53,125 nucleotides of DNA from a virus (taxonomy: Duplodnaviria; Caudoviricetes), in IMG/VR virus record IMGVR_UViG_3300025703_000003, positions 1 through 53,125 of that record; one strand, written 5' to 3'. How positions within the stretch are numbered: position 1 is the stretch's first letter; each line of letters opens with the position of its first letter. Both the position numbers and the translations under genes were made by a program. The notes under the pieces were generated by a model that was given only the letters and a program-made list of their open reading frames with translations, searched no databases and was not told where the DNA came from. Shown in pieces: positions 26,137-36,091 of the stretch.

Positions 26137-28386
26137 TTACGCCACGCCCGAAAGAGACTTGATTCGTTCGCGCGCATCCTTCGCCGCGTCTTTGCGCAAC
26201 TTCGCGAGTCGTGCGTTCGCGTCGCTCTTGACGAGTCGGATCATCGGGCCACGAGCGAGCTTTGCCAGCGTTGCCCCGTCCTCTTCGGTGAGGTCTGAGA
26301 CTTCGGGGTGACCGAGTACGAACATCTGCCACGACCCTGCGGCGGTAAGGGACCTAACGGCACCGTGAGCGGTGATCGCCATTGGGAAACCCGGCTGATT
26401 GACAGCAAGCGCAGCAACCAATTCGAGGTTCCCGCCAATCTCGCGCCAGTCGCCTGAGAGGGCAGAGGCGCGGAGCATCCTGACTTGGGCTTCGGTGGCG
26501 TCGGGTCGTAAAGCGCCGTGATACCAGATGCCGAACTCGTCTTCACCGATTACGACGTCAGCGGCTTGGAAGGCCGTGTTGTCGTAGTGCGCCATTGAGG
26601 CATTGGCATTCAAGTGAAGATCCGCGTGACCCGTGTTCGCAGTTAAAACTCCGACTCGAACGGACTCACCTTCGGCTGTGATGACGTGCTGACCGCGCTT
26701 GAAGTGCGCGTAGTCCACGGCGGAGTGCGGAGCAGTCACACACTTCCCACGTTGCCCGATGTGACACACACCCCACGGTGCGAGATAGCCGAAGACTTCA
26801 CCTTCTTCGGTGACAGTCGGAGGACAGGCGTGACCGGAGATCATCTTGCCCTTGTCGCCTTGGGCGATGAAGGGCATCATGCGACCATCGTCAATCGCGA
26901 ACTTCGGGTCTTCGAACCACGCCTTGGGCGGTTTGTTCGGTCCACCAGAAGCAAGCATGACGTCAAGTCCCTGGTCACAGGGCACGCAGTCTGACGAGGC
27001 GATCCAGTGCACGATCTGACCACCAGCGGCGAGAGCGGGCGGCATTTGCGGTACGTCGGATTCAGGCGAGGTCACGGGGATGGCTTGGGTCTCTCCGCCA
27101 TCACCTAAGACGATGTACGCGCCTTCGAAGGCGGGACCGAACGGGAGGATTGTGACTGCGGCCAAAGTTCCTTTGGTCAGCGTCTCGGTCATGTCCATCG
27201 GCCAGCCCATTTCGTCGACCTCACCAACGGTGACTTCGGACTCATCGACCGTGACATCTCCCGAAACCGGAAGCCGCCCCATCTGCTCCAAGAGGTCCGC
27301 GAAGTACATCCCGTCATCGTTGGCGAGGAAATACCCCTTGCCGATGATGATGTTCGTACTGCCTTCGCCGGGCCCGCGTTCGAAGGAATCGATTCGACCA
27401 CACAACACGGCCGGATCGTTCGGGTCGAAGCCCATCGGGTCATGTGTGGAGGTCGCCATGCCCATCAAGGCGTAGGGCGCTGGACCCCATGAGAGGGCAT
27501 CCAAAGCGATGTCTCGTCCGTCGCCGGTCGGCTGACCTTCGATTATCGCCACGGGGATCGTGAAGGCCGGGCCCATGTTCATGCCACCAGCGGAAGCCGG
27601 CGGCAGGTTGAGTTCGTCATCTACCACAACAGCATCCGGCGCTGAGTCGTCACCCGGCACCGAATCGCTGACGGCATCGGCGAATGCCTCCCCACGCGAA
27701 GTCATGTCGCCTTCACCGTCTCCGCCCTGGTTGTCAGGTCCGCCCCCAGTGCTGGTCCCGTCCTCAGTATTAGACGCGAACGTCAACTCTTGGCACTCAC
27801 ACTCAGGCGCAGTGCAAGCCCCGGTGTTCTCGCCCGTGTCGGTGTCGTTGTGCACGCTTCCAAGGTGACCACAGCCGTCCGTCGCGCAGATGGCGTCGGG
27901 GTCGACGTTGCCCATCTCGTCTACGGGGTTCACAACAGGCGTCGTCGTGTCCTCGGGCGCGAGAGCGAGCTTTGAGTTCTTCGAAGGCGTCTCATTCTGT
28001 TCGGTCGGCGGCACGACGGCGTCAGTCTTGGTATCAGCGTCACCCTTGGCGTCGGCGTCCTGGGCGCTCTTTAGGGTCGCGAGGTCCGTCTCAAGAGCCG
28101 TAATCGCGTCGTCGACCTTGGCGTCGTTGGGGTCGGTGTTGTCGTCGGGGTCTTTGGCCTGCGTTGCCTTGACGTCAGCCAACGCCGCTTCAAGCGCGGT
28201 GATCTTGGTGTTGAGTTCGGTGTCGACCTCATCGGAGGTCGGCGCGGTCGCGTCAACTGGCGCAGTATCAGTCGTGGGCTTCGCCGGCGCGGTGTCAGCC
28301 GGTGCTACAGGCGCAGCGAACTTCATTGAAGCGAACGACGAAATGATTTCACCACGGGATTTAGGTTCCGACAATTTACGCGACAT
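26137..28386 (-). CDS. capsid maturation protease
   Basis: EGQPTGDGR, GEVFGYLAPWGVCHIG, HYDNT, GEDEFGIW, LSGDWR and VNQPGFP motifs; start after AAGGAG (ORF track 26137..28461). Confidence 0.82.
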   Translation of the reverse strand: MSRKLSEPKSRGEIISSFASMKFAAPVAPADTAPAKPTTDTAPVDATAPTSDEVDTELNTKITALEAALADVKATQAKDPDDNTDPNDAKVDDAITALETDLATLKSAQDADAKGDADTKTDAVVPPTEQNETPSKNSKLALAPEDTTTPVVNPVDEMGNVDPDAICATDGCGHLGSVHNDTDTGENTGACTAPECECQELTFASNTEDGTSTGGGPDNQGGDGEGDMTSRGEAFADAVSDSVPGDDSAPDAVVVDDELNLPPASAGGMNMGPAFTIPVAIIEGQPTGDGRDIALDALSWGPAPYALMGMATSTHDPMGFDPNDPAVLCGRIDSFERGPGEGSTNIIIGKGYFLANDDGMYFADLLEQMGRLPVSGDVTVDESEVTVGEVDEMGWPMDMTETLTKGTLAAVTILPFGPAFEGAYIVLGDGGETQAIPVTSPESDVPQMPPALAAGGQIVHWIASSDCVPCDQGLDVMLASGGPNKPPKAWFEDPKFAIDDGRMMPFIAQGDKGKMISGHACPPTVTEEGEVFGYLAPWGVCHIGQRGKCVTAPHSAVDYAHFKRGQHVITAEGESVRVGVLTANTGHADLHLNANASMAHYDNTAFQAADVVIGEDEFGIWYHGALRPDATEAQVRMLRASALSGDWREIGGNLELVAALAVNQPGFPMAITAHGAVRSLTAAGSWQMFVLGHPEVSDLTEEDGATLAKLARGPMIRLVKSDANARLAKLRKDAAKDARERIKSLSGVA

Positions 28387-28797
28387 TGGACTCCTTGAGC
28401 ACTTGCTCGGAATGTTACAGCGCGCGAGTCGTGAAATGTCGGAACTAGTTTTGTCACACAAAAACGAATGATGGATATACAGTTAGCAACTGTATCGAAG
28501 GCTTAATGATTTCTATGACAGCCAAGGATGTGGTGCGCGTCACGATCGACCACCGCGCTGGCGACCGAGTAGTGAGGCAGCCCCTCTGCCTTGCAGACGC
28601 GGCATCGGAACCACACATGGCCCAGGCGATCACGGCGTATCTCAAATCGCATCAGTGGTTCCTCCATAGTCGGCGACGCTGTAAGACCGTCACCGGTACG
28701 CGTGAACGATCGACGAGTTTCTCGGCGAGTGCGGGCGTCATCTTGGCGTGACCCACGTAGTCGAGGAAGATCGCGACGGTCTGGTGTTCTCTAGCCA

Positions 28798-29211
28798 TCA
28801 GAAGCACCCGTCGCCTTTCCACGGTCCGAAGCCGTTGAGCCCATCGTCATGATCTGCCCAGCGGATATTCATAGCAGCGATTGCTTGCTGTCGCGGTGTG
28901 GCCTGCCATACGTGCAGAGTCTTGACCCCAAAATGAGCGTGAAAGGTGGGGTCCTGTATTTGGAAGATGCCAGAGTTCGGCCCCATTGCCGGAGTGCGAT
29001 TGTCACCGAGATTCGGGTGCGTCCACGTCGAACGCGATTCGGCTCGGATAACACACGTCCACGTTGCCCACTCAGCCCGGTCATTACGCAGGAGCGGTTC
29101 GTACCACGGGATTCGATGAACCCTGGGGGTGGCGGCAGACGCCGTGACAGCGCCAAACGCCAGCGATGAAGCGACAATAAGGACGATCAAGATTCGGTTG
29201 ATTCGATTCAT
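28798..29211 (-). CDS. secreted lysozyme-like transglycosylase (Rpf-like)
   Basis: Signal peptide ending ASA-A; W.CV..AES, GIFQI...TF, ATPRQQ..AA and G.GPW motifs. Confidence 0.75.
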   Translation of the reverse strand: MNRINRILIVLIVASSLAFGAVTASAATPRVHRIPWYEPLLRNDRAEWATWTCVIRAESRSTWTHPNLGDNRTPAMGPNSGIFQIQDPTFHAHFGVKTLHVWQATPRQQAIAAMNIRWADHDDGLNGFGPWKGDGCF

Positions 29212-29257
29212 GTGAGACCTTTGAACGAGGGCTAGGCACTTTCGTTAAGCGTGTTGG

Positions 29258-29650
29258 TCACTTAGCCTCACCCCCGATCGTGCCATGCTTGCCCTTCTCA
29301 CCAGGCTTGAGCGCGAAGAATGAACCCGTCTGACGATATTCGCGGTCTATCCGTGCTATGTCCTTGCGAAAGTTTCGTGAAGATTCGGATTCATCGTCTA
29401 GAACTCTCGACCCGAGGTATCCGTCGCTCATCCCAGTAGCGCCGAAAGGCAGGTCCACATCGCCACAGTTGCAAGGGACACTGGTGACTTCCTCGTCAAT
29501 CACGCTTGCTGCCAGGAGCATGTCGAACACGTCAGACTGCCAATTCTCGCGTTGTCGCGTCTGTCGTTCATCGATAACTCGGAATCCTCGCAACGGATAC
29601 CTCGGGTCGAGCGGCTCAGGCGCTAACCGGTGATTGCGACGTAGTTTCAT
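29258..29650 (-). CDS. hypothetical protein with its own operator/promoter (moron-like)
   Basis: TTGGAGGG RBS with operator copy 3 upstream. Confidence 0.6.
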   Translation of the reverse strand: MKLRRNHRLAPEPLDPRYPLRGFRVIDERQTRQRENWQSDVFDMLLAASVIDEEVTSVPCNCGDVDLPFGATGMSDGYLGSRVLDDESESSRNFRKDIARIDREYRQTGSFFALKPGEKGKHGTIGGEAK

Positions 29651-29664
29651 TTACCCTCCAAGTT

Positions 29665-29682
29665 TGTATGAGCAATCATACA
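29665..29682. promoter_or_regulatory. palindromic operator copy 3
   Basis: TGTATGAGCAATCATACA in the intergenic gap after the portal gene. Confidence 0.7.
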
Positions 29683-29693
29683 CAGAGACGAGA

Positions 29694-32378
29694 CTACTCG
29701 CTGGTATCCGCTGAATTTGCAGGGCCTACCCAGTTCGCCTGTTCATCGCAAATGCAGCCAAAATGGTCTCCGGCCAGGTAAAATGCTACCGGTGGCCAGT
29801 CATTTGGGTTGGCTAAAACGGGGTCTGTGAATGAATCGAACTCGACTCCATCGAGCGCTTCGTGAGGTTCAAAGGGCTTAGTCGAAGGTCCGTGGATCCA
29901 GGTAAACGACGAGGTTGAACAGCCTGCGCTCGTCAAGAGATTCGAGATTGTGGCACCTGACGCCACGCCACCAACACCGATTGTGTTCGGCAATGCTGGC
30001 ACCGTAGCTCCAGTATCGAGAACAACGTTCAGGAAGTCTTCCTTAGTCGCACCGCCCGCAACTCCCACCGCGCAACGAATCACGCCAGTTGGAACCAGTG
30101 TGTCAGGGTTCAACGCCTCGAGCGCCGCGTCGTCGGTCATGTTCGGGTCAGGGTTGTAGGCGAGGTGTTGTGCTATCTCGTCCATTGAATCCTTCAAGAC
30201 TCGCCAGCCCTTGTCGACGCCTTCGCTCATTGCGATGACTGCCGATGCAGACGACCCGAGTTCGTCGTCACCGCTGAGTTGTCGTGCGGCGGCTATGGCT
30301 TGGCGTTGGGCAAGTCCCGTCCATGACTTGAACTGCTCTTCGAGTGACGTCCAGTCGTTGGTGACGTAACTGGCGGCAACGATTGGGTCGATGTCGCCAG
30401 AGAGCCTGAGTGCAACGAATTCGTTTCGAGTCCTCGCGATCTTGGTCTTGAGTTCCTTATCCCGTGAGACGCTTTGGCGTACGCGGTGTGAAGCCTTTTC
30501 GAGTTGACGGCGCATCTCGGCGTTCGCGGCGACTTGGAGTTTCATGCGCAGGTCTGAGTCGATCTGGGTCAACTTGCGAGAAAGTCGAAGTTCCTTGTCG
30601 GTCGGTCCGACCTTCGCTGCTGCCGTCAACTGCAACATTGGCTGAGAGAAAACGTCGATTCCACGTCGAGCGAGTTCCATCTTGAGCACGCGAACCATCA
30701 TCTCTCGGTCGGCGTCGTCGTAGTAACCACTGGCGAGGATGCTGCCGTTCTCGTTGCTCGGCAGTGGGTTGGTGACTGTGCCGGTCGTGGGCTCGGGAAC
30801 GGTCGTCGCCGGCGTCGTGATGGGCGTTGAACCAATCGCTGCTGGCGTGGTTTGAGCAGGAACGTCGAGACCGCCGGGGTCGGTCGCAGTCTCTGCCTTG
30901 AGTCCGGGGATGATGCCGGGCCCGGGGATGGCGGGGAAAGCCAGTTCGGGGTCCAACTTGTGCAGCAGGGCGATGAGTGCGTTGACCGGCCACGTACGGG
31001 TGTCGCTGATGAGACGCACTTCGATCTCTTCGCCGCTCGGAGCATCAGAGTCCTTGAAGCCGAGGTACTTGCGAAGCGCGGCGGCAGAGATGACTCGCGC
31101 GTTGTAGGCGGTGATCGCAGAGGCTGAGAGGTCTGGGGGAGTTACTAACTCAGTCGGGTCGTACCAGAAGACCAGACGTGAAATCCATGCATCGACGACT
31201 GACTTATCGAGTCCACACGTAGCGAAGTACGGACGAAGGAACGCACCGGTCAGGGCTTCGACGAGCTTGATGACGTGTATCTCAACGTGATAACGAAAGG
31301 TGTTTGAATCTATTTGAAAGATTCCCCAATGGTTGATGTCGGCGAGATTGAAAATCTCCTTCGGAAGGTCCAAGCCCGTAGCGACAACACCGACGAGTTC
31401 GTCACGAATCTTTCCGGCCTGCTCGTCGAAGACCGACGCGAATTCAATCCACTTGATCTTGCTGATCTGATCGCCGGGGGCTTGGACGACTAACGGAACA
31501 ACGCCCGAAGCATCGCCCTCGTTGCGAATAGGCGTCATCATGGCCGTGGTCAATGTCGAAAGGAACTCGTCGGAGTCGATATTCCCGTTGTCGTCATTGA
31601 GATTCGGGACGGACATCTCAGAGGGCAGGAACAGGATTCCCCTGCCCGCAAGACGTGAGCGACCCGTCGCGCGAATCAATCGGCGCATGATTTGCAGGTC
31701 TTCGCAGGTATTGATCAGTGCCCGCATCGGCGACTGAGCGAGAAGTCTGAACTGGGGGTGCGGCTGCCACATCCTCTCTACGAGAGCGTCTTCGGGCAAG
31801 TCAATCAATCCAAGAACACCCGTGTTGGTCATCGGCCCTTCGCGCAGTTTCACGTAGTCGTCGTAAATTACTATTTCGGAGACTGAACGAATTGAGTAGA
31901 CGTTCTGCAAGGTCTCGGGGTCCGTCAGTCCTAGAAGGAACGCTTCTCCGGTAACGGAGAAGTTCAGCGAGAGTTGCTCCAAGATGTTTGATATTGCCAG
32001 ACGTCCGTTACCAAGGTCCGTCATGGCGTTCGTGCAGGCTGCAATGACCTCGGGCGGCGTTTCGAGCAACGGGTCAGTGATGTCGAGCGGCTTGTCAGTC
32101 TCCCCAATCAATGGATACGCGGCCGGAAACAGCCGCATCCTTGATGCGCAGTGCGCGAGGAATCCGTGACCGTAGGACAACTCGGGCAGAGAATTGTGCA
32201 TGCTCCATGCCTGCAACTGCCAGTTCTGACGAAGCATCCTCTGTCGTTGAGCCTCGACCTTGTTGCCGACCTCAATCTCACTCGATGCCGCAGTAAGCGC
32301 GCGGAACGGTCGGTTCTTCTTCTTGTTCTCAGTGGCGCGCTGGTGTCGGTCTTCCCACTTCGTTGTCTTGGTCGCCAT
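29694..32378 (-). CDS. portal protein (with C-terminal extension)
   Basis: WQLQAW, SRMRLF, WQPHP, RSRLAGRGILFLPSE, VVPLVV, GLDLPKEI and NHW motifs. Confidence 0.85.
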   Translation of the reverse strand: MATKTTKWEDRHQRATENKKKNRPFRALTAASSEIEVGNKVEAQRQRMLRQNWQLQAWSMHNSLPELSYGHGFLAHCASRMRLFPAAYPLIGETDKPLDITDPLLETPPEVIAACTNAMTDLGNGRLAISNILEQLSLNFSVTGEAFLLGLTDPETLQNVYSIRSVSEIVIYDDYVKLREGPMTNTGVLGLIDLPEDALVERMWQPHPQFRLLAQSPMRALINTCEDLQIMRRLIRATGRSRLAGRGILFLPSEMSVPNLNDDNGNIDSDEFLSTLTTAMMTPIRNEGDASGVVPLVVQAPGDQISKIKWIEFASVFDEQAGKIRDELVGVVATGLDLPKEIFNLADINHWGIFQIDSNTFRYHVEIHVIKLVEALTGAFLRPYFATCGLDKSVVDAWISRLVFWYDPTELVTPPDLSASAITAYNARVISAAALRKYLGFKDSDAPSGEEIEVRLISDTRTWPVNALIALLHKLDPELAFPAIPGPGIIPGLKAETATDPGGLDVPAQTTPAAIGSTPITTPATTVPEPTTGTVTNPLPSNENGSILASGYYDDADREMMVRVLKMELARRGIDVFSQPMLQLTAAAKVGPTDKELRLSRKLTQIDSDLRMKLQVAANAEMRRQLEKASHRVRQSVSRDKELKTKIARTRNEFVALRLSGDIDPIVAASYVTNDWTSLEEQFKSWTGLAQRQAIAAARQLSGDDELGSSASAVIAMSEGVDKGWRVLKDSMDEIAQHLAYNPDPNMTDDAALEALNPDTLVPTGVIRCAVGVAGGATKEDFLNVVLDTGATVPALPNTIGVGGVASGATISNLLTSAGCSTSSFTWIHGPSTKPFEPHEALDGVEFDSFTDPVLANPNDWPPVAFYLAGDHFGCICDEQANWVGPANSADTSE

Positions 32379-32734
32379 CAGGTCTTCTCAGAGATGAGTG
32401 CGGCGATAGACGAGAACGCGAGAACCAGCGCGACGTATTTGAACCATGAGCCTTGAAAGTACGCCAAGGTCACTACACCCGCTGCCATGTACATGCTCAG
32501 GCACCACGGGCAGGTTGTCAGTTTCCAGAGCCACGACCACAGTGACTTCGGCTTCGGCGACGGCGTTCGACTAATGACGTTGCCCGTGATGTTGTCGCGC
32601 TCCACTAATTCGCCGAATGACTTACCTTTCAGCCAATCACGAATCGGCTCAGTGATCGTGTCCTCAGTGCCGAGAATCGTCAGTCGATGAACCGCCAAGG
32701 CGTAGATCACGAAGAGCAGGAATGAATGCGTCAT
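32378..32734 (-). CDS. DUF1360-like membrane protein
   Basis: LAVHRLT....DTITEPIR and LTTCPWCLSMY motifs; typically found upstream of portal genes. Confidence 0.78.
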   Translation of the reverse strand: MTHSFLLFVIYALAVHRLTILGTEDTITEPIRDWLKGKSFGELVERDNITGNVISRTPSPKPKSLWSWLWKLTTCPWCLSMYMAAGVVTLAYFQGSWFKYVALVLAFSSIAALISEKT

Positions 32735-33075
32735 ACGGCGTTGTCCTGTAGTTGAACGAAGGTGATCGGGTTATTCGCATTGAGTACTGGCGCGTTGAAC
32801 TCCACGACTGACTGGCCGTCGAGATTCAGCGTGAATATGTAGAAGTACCCCTGCGGGATTGTGCCTGCATCATCAGTCGCGCAGAGCGTAAACGGCTTTC
32901 CGTTCTGAGCGATCAGGGATCCAGTGGGATCGAGCAGACCACACACCGGCTCTTGCGATTGTTCTATCCCATCATTAGATAGCGAAGCACTGAGTGTCGC
33001 GCACAAAGTCCCCGAGGCCGGGGAGTCGTCGCTGTTCACGAATGCACCCGTGATCGTTACGAGAGTAAAACTCAC
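32731..33075 (-). CDS. hypothetical virion-associated protein
   Basis: Beta-rich, VTITGAF...PASG N-terminus. Confidence 0.6.
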   Translation of the reverse strand: MSFTLVTITGAFVNSDDSPASGTLCATLSASLSNDGIEQSQEPVCGLLDPTGSLIAQNGKPFTLCATDDAGTIPQGYFYIFTLNLDGQSVVEFNAPVLNANNPITFVQLQDNAV

Positions 33076-33386
33076 GAGAACCCCGTTGGGATGACGATGA
33101 ACTGCTTCTGGCCCGGCGCTTGACCAACGCCTACGCCATTCCAGAACTCGCTAGTGGTGCCAGCGAATGAAGTGGTATCGATCCACGTTTGATACCAGCC
33201 AACGCCCATTCTCGCGATGACGCCAACAGATGGGACGGTCGCGTCAACGTAGGTGATAGTTGTACTTGGTCCTTGCCCGTTGATCTGGTAGTAGAACTCG
33301 ACCGTCGTGGGGTCAATGGCGGCTCGTGTCACCTCGTCACGGAAACGCACATTACTGATGACGATGCTCCCTTGAAGGTAACTCAT
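33072..33386 (-). CDS. hypothetical Ig-like virion protein
   Basis: DPTTV...G.G.Y...IDT pattern. Confidence 0.6.
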   Translation of the reverse strand: MSYLQGSIVISNVRFRDEVTRAAIDPTTVEFYYQINGQGPSTTITYVDATVPSVGVIARMGVGWYQTWIDTTSFAGTTSEFWNGVGVGQAPGQKQFIVIPTGFS

Positions 33387-35281
33387 CTAACTTTGGCCTC
33401 TATTAACAATGCGTCACTCACCGTTGCGCTTGATTTCGCTATATCCCTTACCGTCGCGCTGGTTAGAAGTGTATCTGTGACACTCGCGGTGGCTGGTGAC
33501 CTTGGAAAGCCAGCAGACAGCGTTGAGTAGACGATGGTGAGGATGGTGACAAAGGCGCTCAGTGACGCAGTGGCGCTCAATGAAGCCGTTACGCCAGTCA
33601 TGACGTTGACAACGGCGCCCAACGAAGCAGGGGCGCTCAGTGCGCTGATGACGCTCGTGACGATGGCTGGGTTGGCCGTCATCTGACTCGCCGCCGTGAG
33701 CGAGGTATCCACTGAAGTTGCCACTGGGATACTGGCCGTGAGGCTCGCTGGAACCGTCAACTTGGCCACAACTGACGTGGTGATCGTCACGAATGCCGCT
33801 GCTTCACCGGCTGCCGTGAGTTTCGCCGTCACCCCAAAGATGATTGGAACAGTGGTATTCAGGAACGTCTTTGCTACCAGCGAGGCGACGACACTCGTGT
33901 TGATGGCCACTTGAACGCTCAATGAGGCTGGCGTTGTCAGTGCCGCCGAGACCGTCGAGGTAATTGGTACGTCAACACTCAGGAGTGGCCTAGAGGCCAG
34001 ATTGGCAACGACGGTCGTGGTAATGGGGATAATCGCATTTAGTTCAGGGACAGTCCCAGCAGTCAAGTTCGCTAAGACGGTGAAGTTGATTGGAACCGCG
34101 GCCGAGAGTGGGGCCGTGGTGGTGACCGTCGAAACCACTGAGGTCGTTATTGGCACAGTGGTCGTAAGGGACGTCGGCGCCGTGAGTCCAGCAGCAACAC
34201 TGACGGTCACTGGGACGGTGGCGCTCACAAGCGCCGGGGAAGCCAATGCAGCGGTCACCGAGGTTGATATTGGGACCAAGGCTGTCAGGAACGTCTTAGC
34301 CGAAAGTGACGTGACCACAGTTGTCGTAATTGGGATCGTGGCTGTTAAAGGTTGTGGGACCGTCAGATTGGCAGAGACGGTCGTGACGATGTTGACGATT
34401 GGGGCCAGGTCAGCCGATGCAGTGAGCGTGGCGGCAACTGAGGTGGTAATCGGGACCGTAGCAGTCAGGAGTGTCGTAGCGCTGAGACTCGATACCACCG
34501 TGACATTGATGGGGATGAGAGCGGTGAGCGGTGCCGTGGTCGTGACAATTGCGACAACTGAGGTAGTCACTGGAACGGTCGCGCTCAGGAGTGCTGGCAC
34601 GGTCAGTGCAGTTGAAACGGTCGTGATTGCTGGGATCGTGACTGTGAGCGCGACAGGAGCCCCAACTGAAGCCACGACTGTCGTGATGATCGGGACTGTG
34701 ACGCTGAGCAGTGCTGGGGCGGTGAGTTGAGTCGCCACGCTGGTCGTAATTGGTATCAGCGTCGTGGACAGTGAAGTGGCTGAGAGTTCGACAATGACGC
34801 TCGTGGTTACTGGAATTGTCGTCGCAAGGAACGTCTTAGCTGAGAGCGCGGTGGTGACAGTGGTGGTGATTGGAATAACACACGTCAAAGATTGAGGCAC
34901 CGTCGTCTGAGCAACTACCGTCGTCGTAATCGGAATGATGCACGTCATCAACGCGGGCGCTGAAAGATTCGCTGTGATCGTCGTAGAGACCGGAACCGTT
35001 GCAGCAAGCAGCGATGGCGCGGTAATGTTCGCGGTGACAGTTGACGTTGAGTTTATGGTCACGCTCAACGGGGCACCCGCGGCCACGAGCCACGCTACGG
35101 TAGCCCCCATGCCGTACGCCTGAGTGCCGTAGGCACCGTCTCCGTAGCCGTTACCGGATGACGAGGGGTAGAGGAACGCGAAGGGCTGTGTTGCTTGGGT
35201 TATCGCGGTGCCGAGTGAACCGTCTGTTTCTTGGCGACCGGCGAGTCGGGACCGAGCCGCGAGGCCGTCACCGTTCTGCAT
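33383..35281 (-). CDS. Thr/Val/Ala-rich 20-aa tandem repeat protein (fibre-like)
   Basis: About 25 repeats of the type LSATVPITTSVxAxLTAPAx. Confidence 0.75.
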   Translation of the reverse strand: MQNGDGLAARSRLAGRQETDGSLGTAITQATQPFAFLYPSSSGNGYGDGAYGTQAYGMGATVAWLVAAGAPLSVTINSTSTVTANITAPSLLAATVPVSTTITANLSAPALMTCIIPITTTVVAQTTVPQSLTCVIPITTTVTTALSAKTFLATTIPVTTSVIVELSATSLSTTLIPITTSVATQLTAPALLSVTVPIITTVVASVGAPVALTVTIPAITTVSTALTVPALLSATVPVTTSVVAIVTTTAPLTALIPINVTVVSSLSATTLLTATVPITTSVAATLTASADLAPIVNIVTTVSANLTVPQPLTATIPITTTVVTSLSAKTFLTALVPISTSVTAALASPALVSATVPVTVSVAAGLTAPTSLTTTVPITTSVVSTVTTTAPLSAAVPINFTVLANLTAGTVPELNAIIPITTTVVANLASRPLLSVDVPITSTVSAALTTPASLSVQVAINTSVVASLVAKTFLNTTVPIIFGVTAKLTAAGEAAAFVTITTSVVAKLTVPASLTASIPVATSVDTSLTAASQMTANPAIVTSVISALSAPASLGAVVNVMTGVTASLSATASLSAFVTILTIVYSTLSAGFPRSPATASVTDTLLTSATVRDIAKSSATVSDALLIEAKVR

Positions 35282-35284
35282 CGG

Positions 35285-36082
35285 TTACCCCTGCGCGAGC
35301 GCGAATTGAGCGAGGATGATTCCCGTCGAGGTGGTCGAGCACAGGACGCGCAGCGCCAGACAGGCGTTCGTCTCAATGACCGGAAGGCCGAGCGCGGCGT
35401 AATCCAGCGGGGGCGCGGCGACGTTGGCAATCTGAATCGGAGCGAGCGCGAAGTCGTAGCCGAGCGTTATGCCCCAGTTTCCTGCGGTGCCCGTCGTGGT
35501 TCCGAACTGCACCGACTGGACCGACTGCACGCCCTCGTCGCCAGCCGCGAGCGTCATGGGAAGCATCTGGCCCGCGACCGGAGACGCTGGAAACGCAATG
35601 GTCCCTGAACGGCTACCGACCGAAGCGGAGTTCGTGTAGGTGATCGTGCAATTCTCGGGCGTCGCCCCGGTTGGCGTGTAAATCTCCGCCCAACACATGA
35701 CGCCCGCGCCGGTGGTTTGGCGCGTCAGAGCGGTGGAACTGACCGTCTGGGAGGTGATGATGTTCGCGACGAGGCCCGAAGTGTGGACGAGCCGGTCGTA
35801 CAGTGTCACCGACCCAATCGTGGCTCCGGTCACCCCGAGGCGAGCGAGGTAGAGGGTGTTCGAGCCGGAAGGGTTGGTCAGCGGTAGGGCTCCAGCGGTC
35901 GAATTGGTCGGCGCGGCTCCTGCTCCGGTCGCGGGGGTTGACCCCGAACCGGGAAAGCCTCCGGCCTCCCACAGTGACGAGAATGTCCCTGCGGCCTTGG
36001 CAGTGAGTGACGCATCGTAGGTTTGAACAATCTGCGCGTTCGCGAGTGCTGCTACCAGTTGGTCCATTGTCGTGATAGCCAT
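35285..36082 (-). CDS. hypothetical beta-rich virion protein
   Basis: 265-aa ORF with an AAGGAG RBS. Confidence 0.7.
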   Translation of the reverse strand: MAITTMDQLVAALANAQIVQTYDASLTAKAAGTFSSLWEAGGFPGSGSTPATGAGAAPTNSTAGALPLTNPSGSNTLYLARLGVTGATIGSVTLYDRLVHTSGLVANIITSQTVSSTALTRQTTGAGVMCWAEIYTPTGATPENCTITYTNSASVGSRSGTIAFPASPVAGQMLPMTLAAGDEGVQSVQSVQFGTTTGTAGNWGITLGYDFALAPIQIANVAAPPLDYAALGLPVIETNACLALRVLCSTTSTGIILAQFALAQG

Positions 36083-36091
36083 GAGTTCTCC

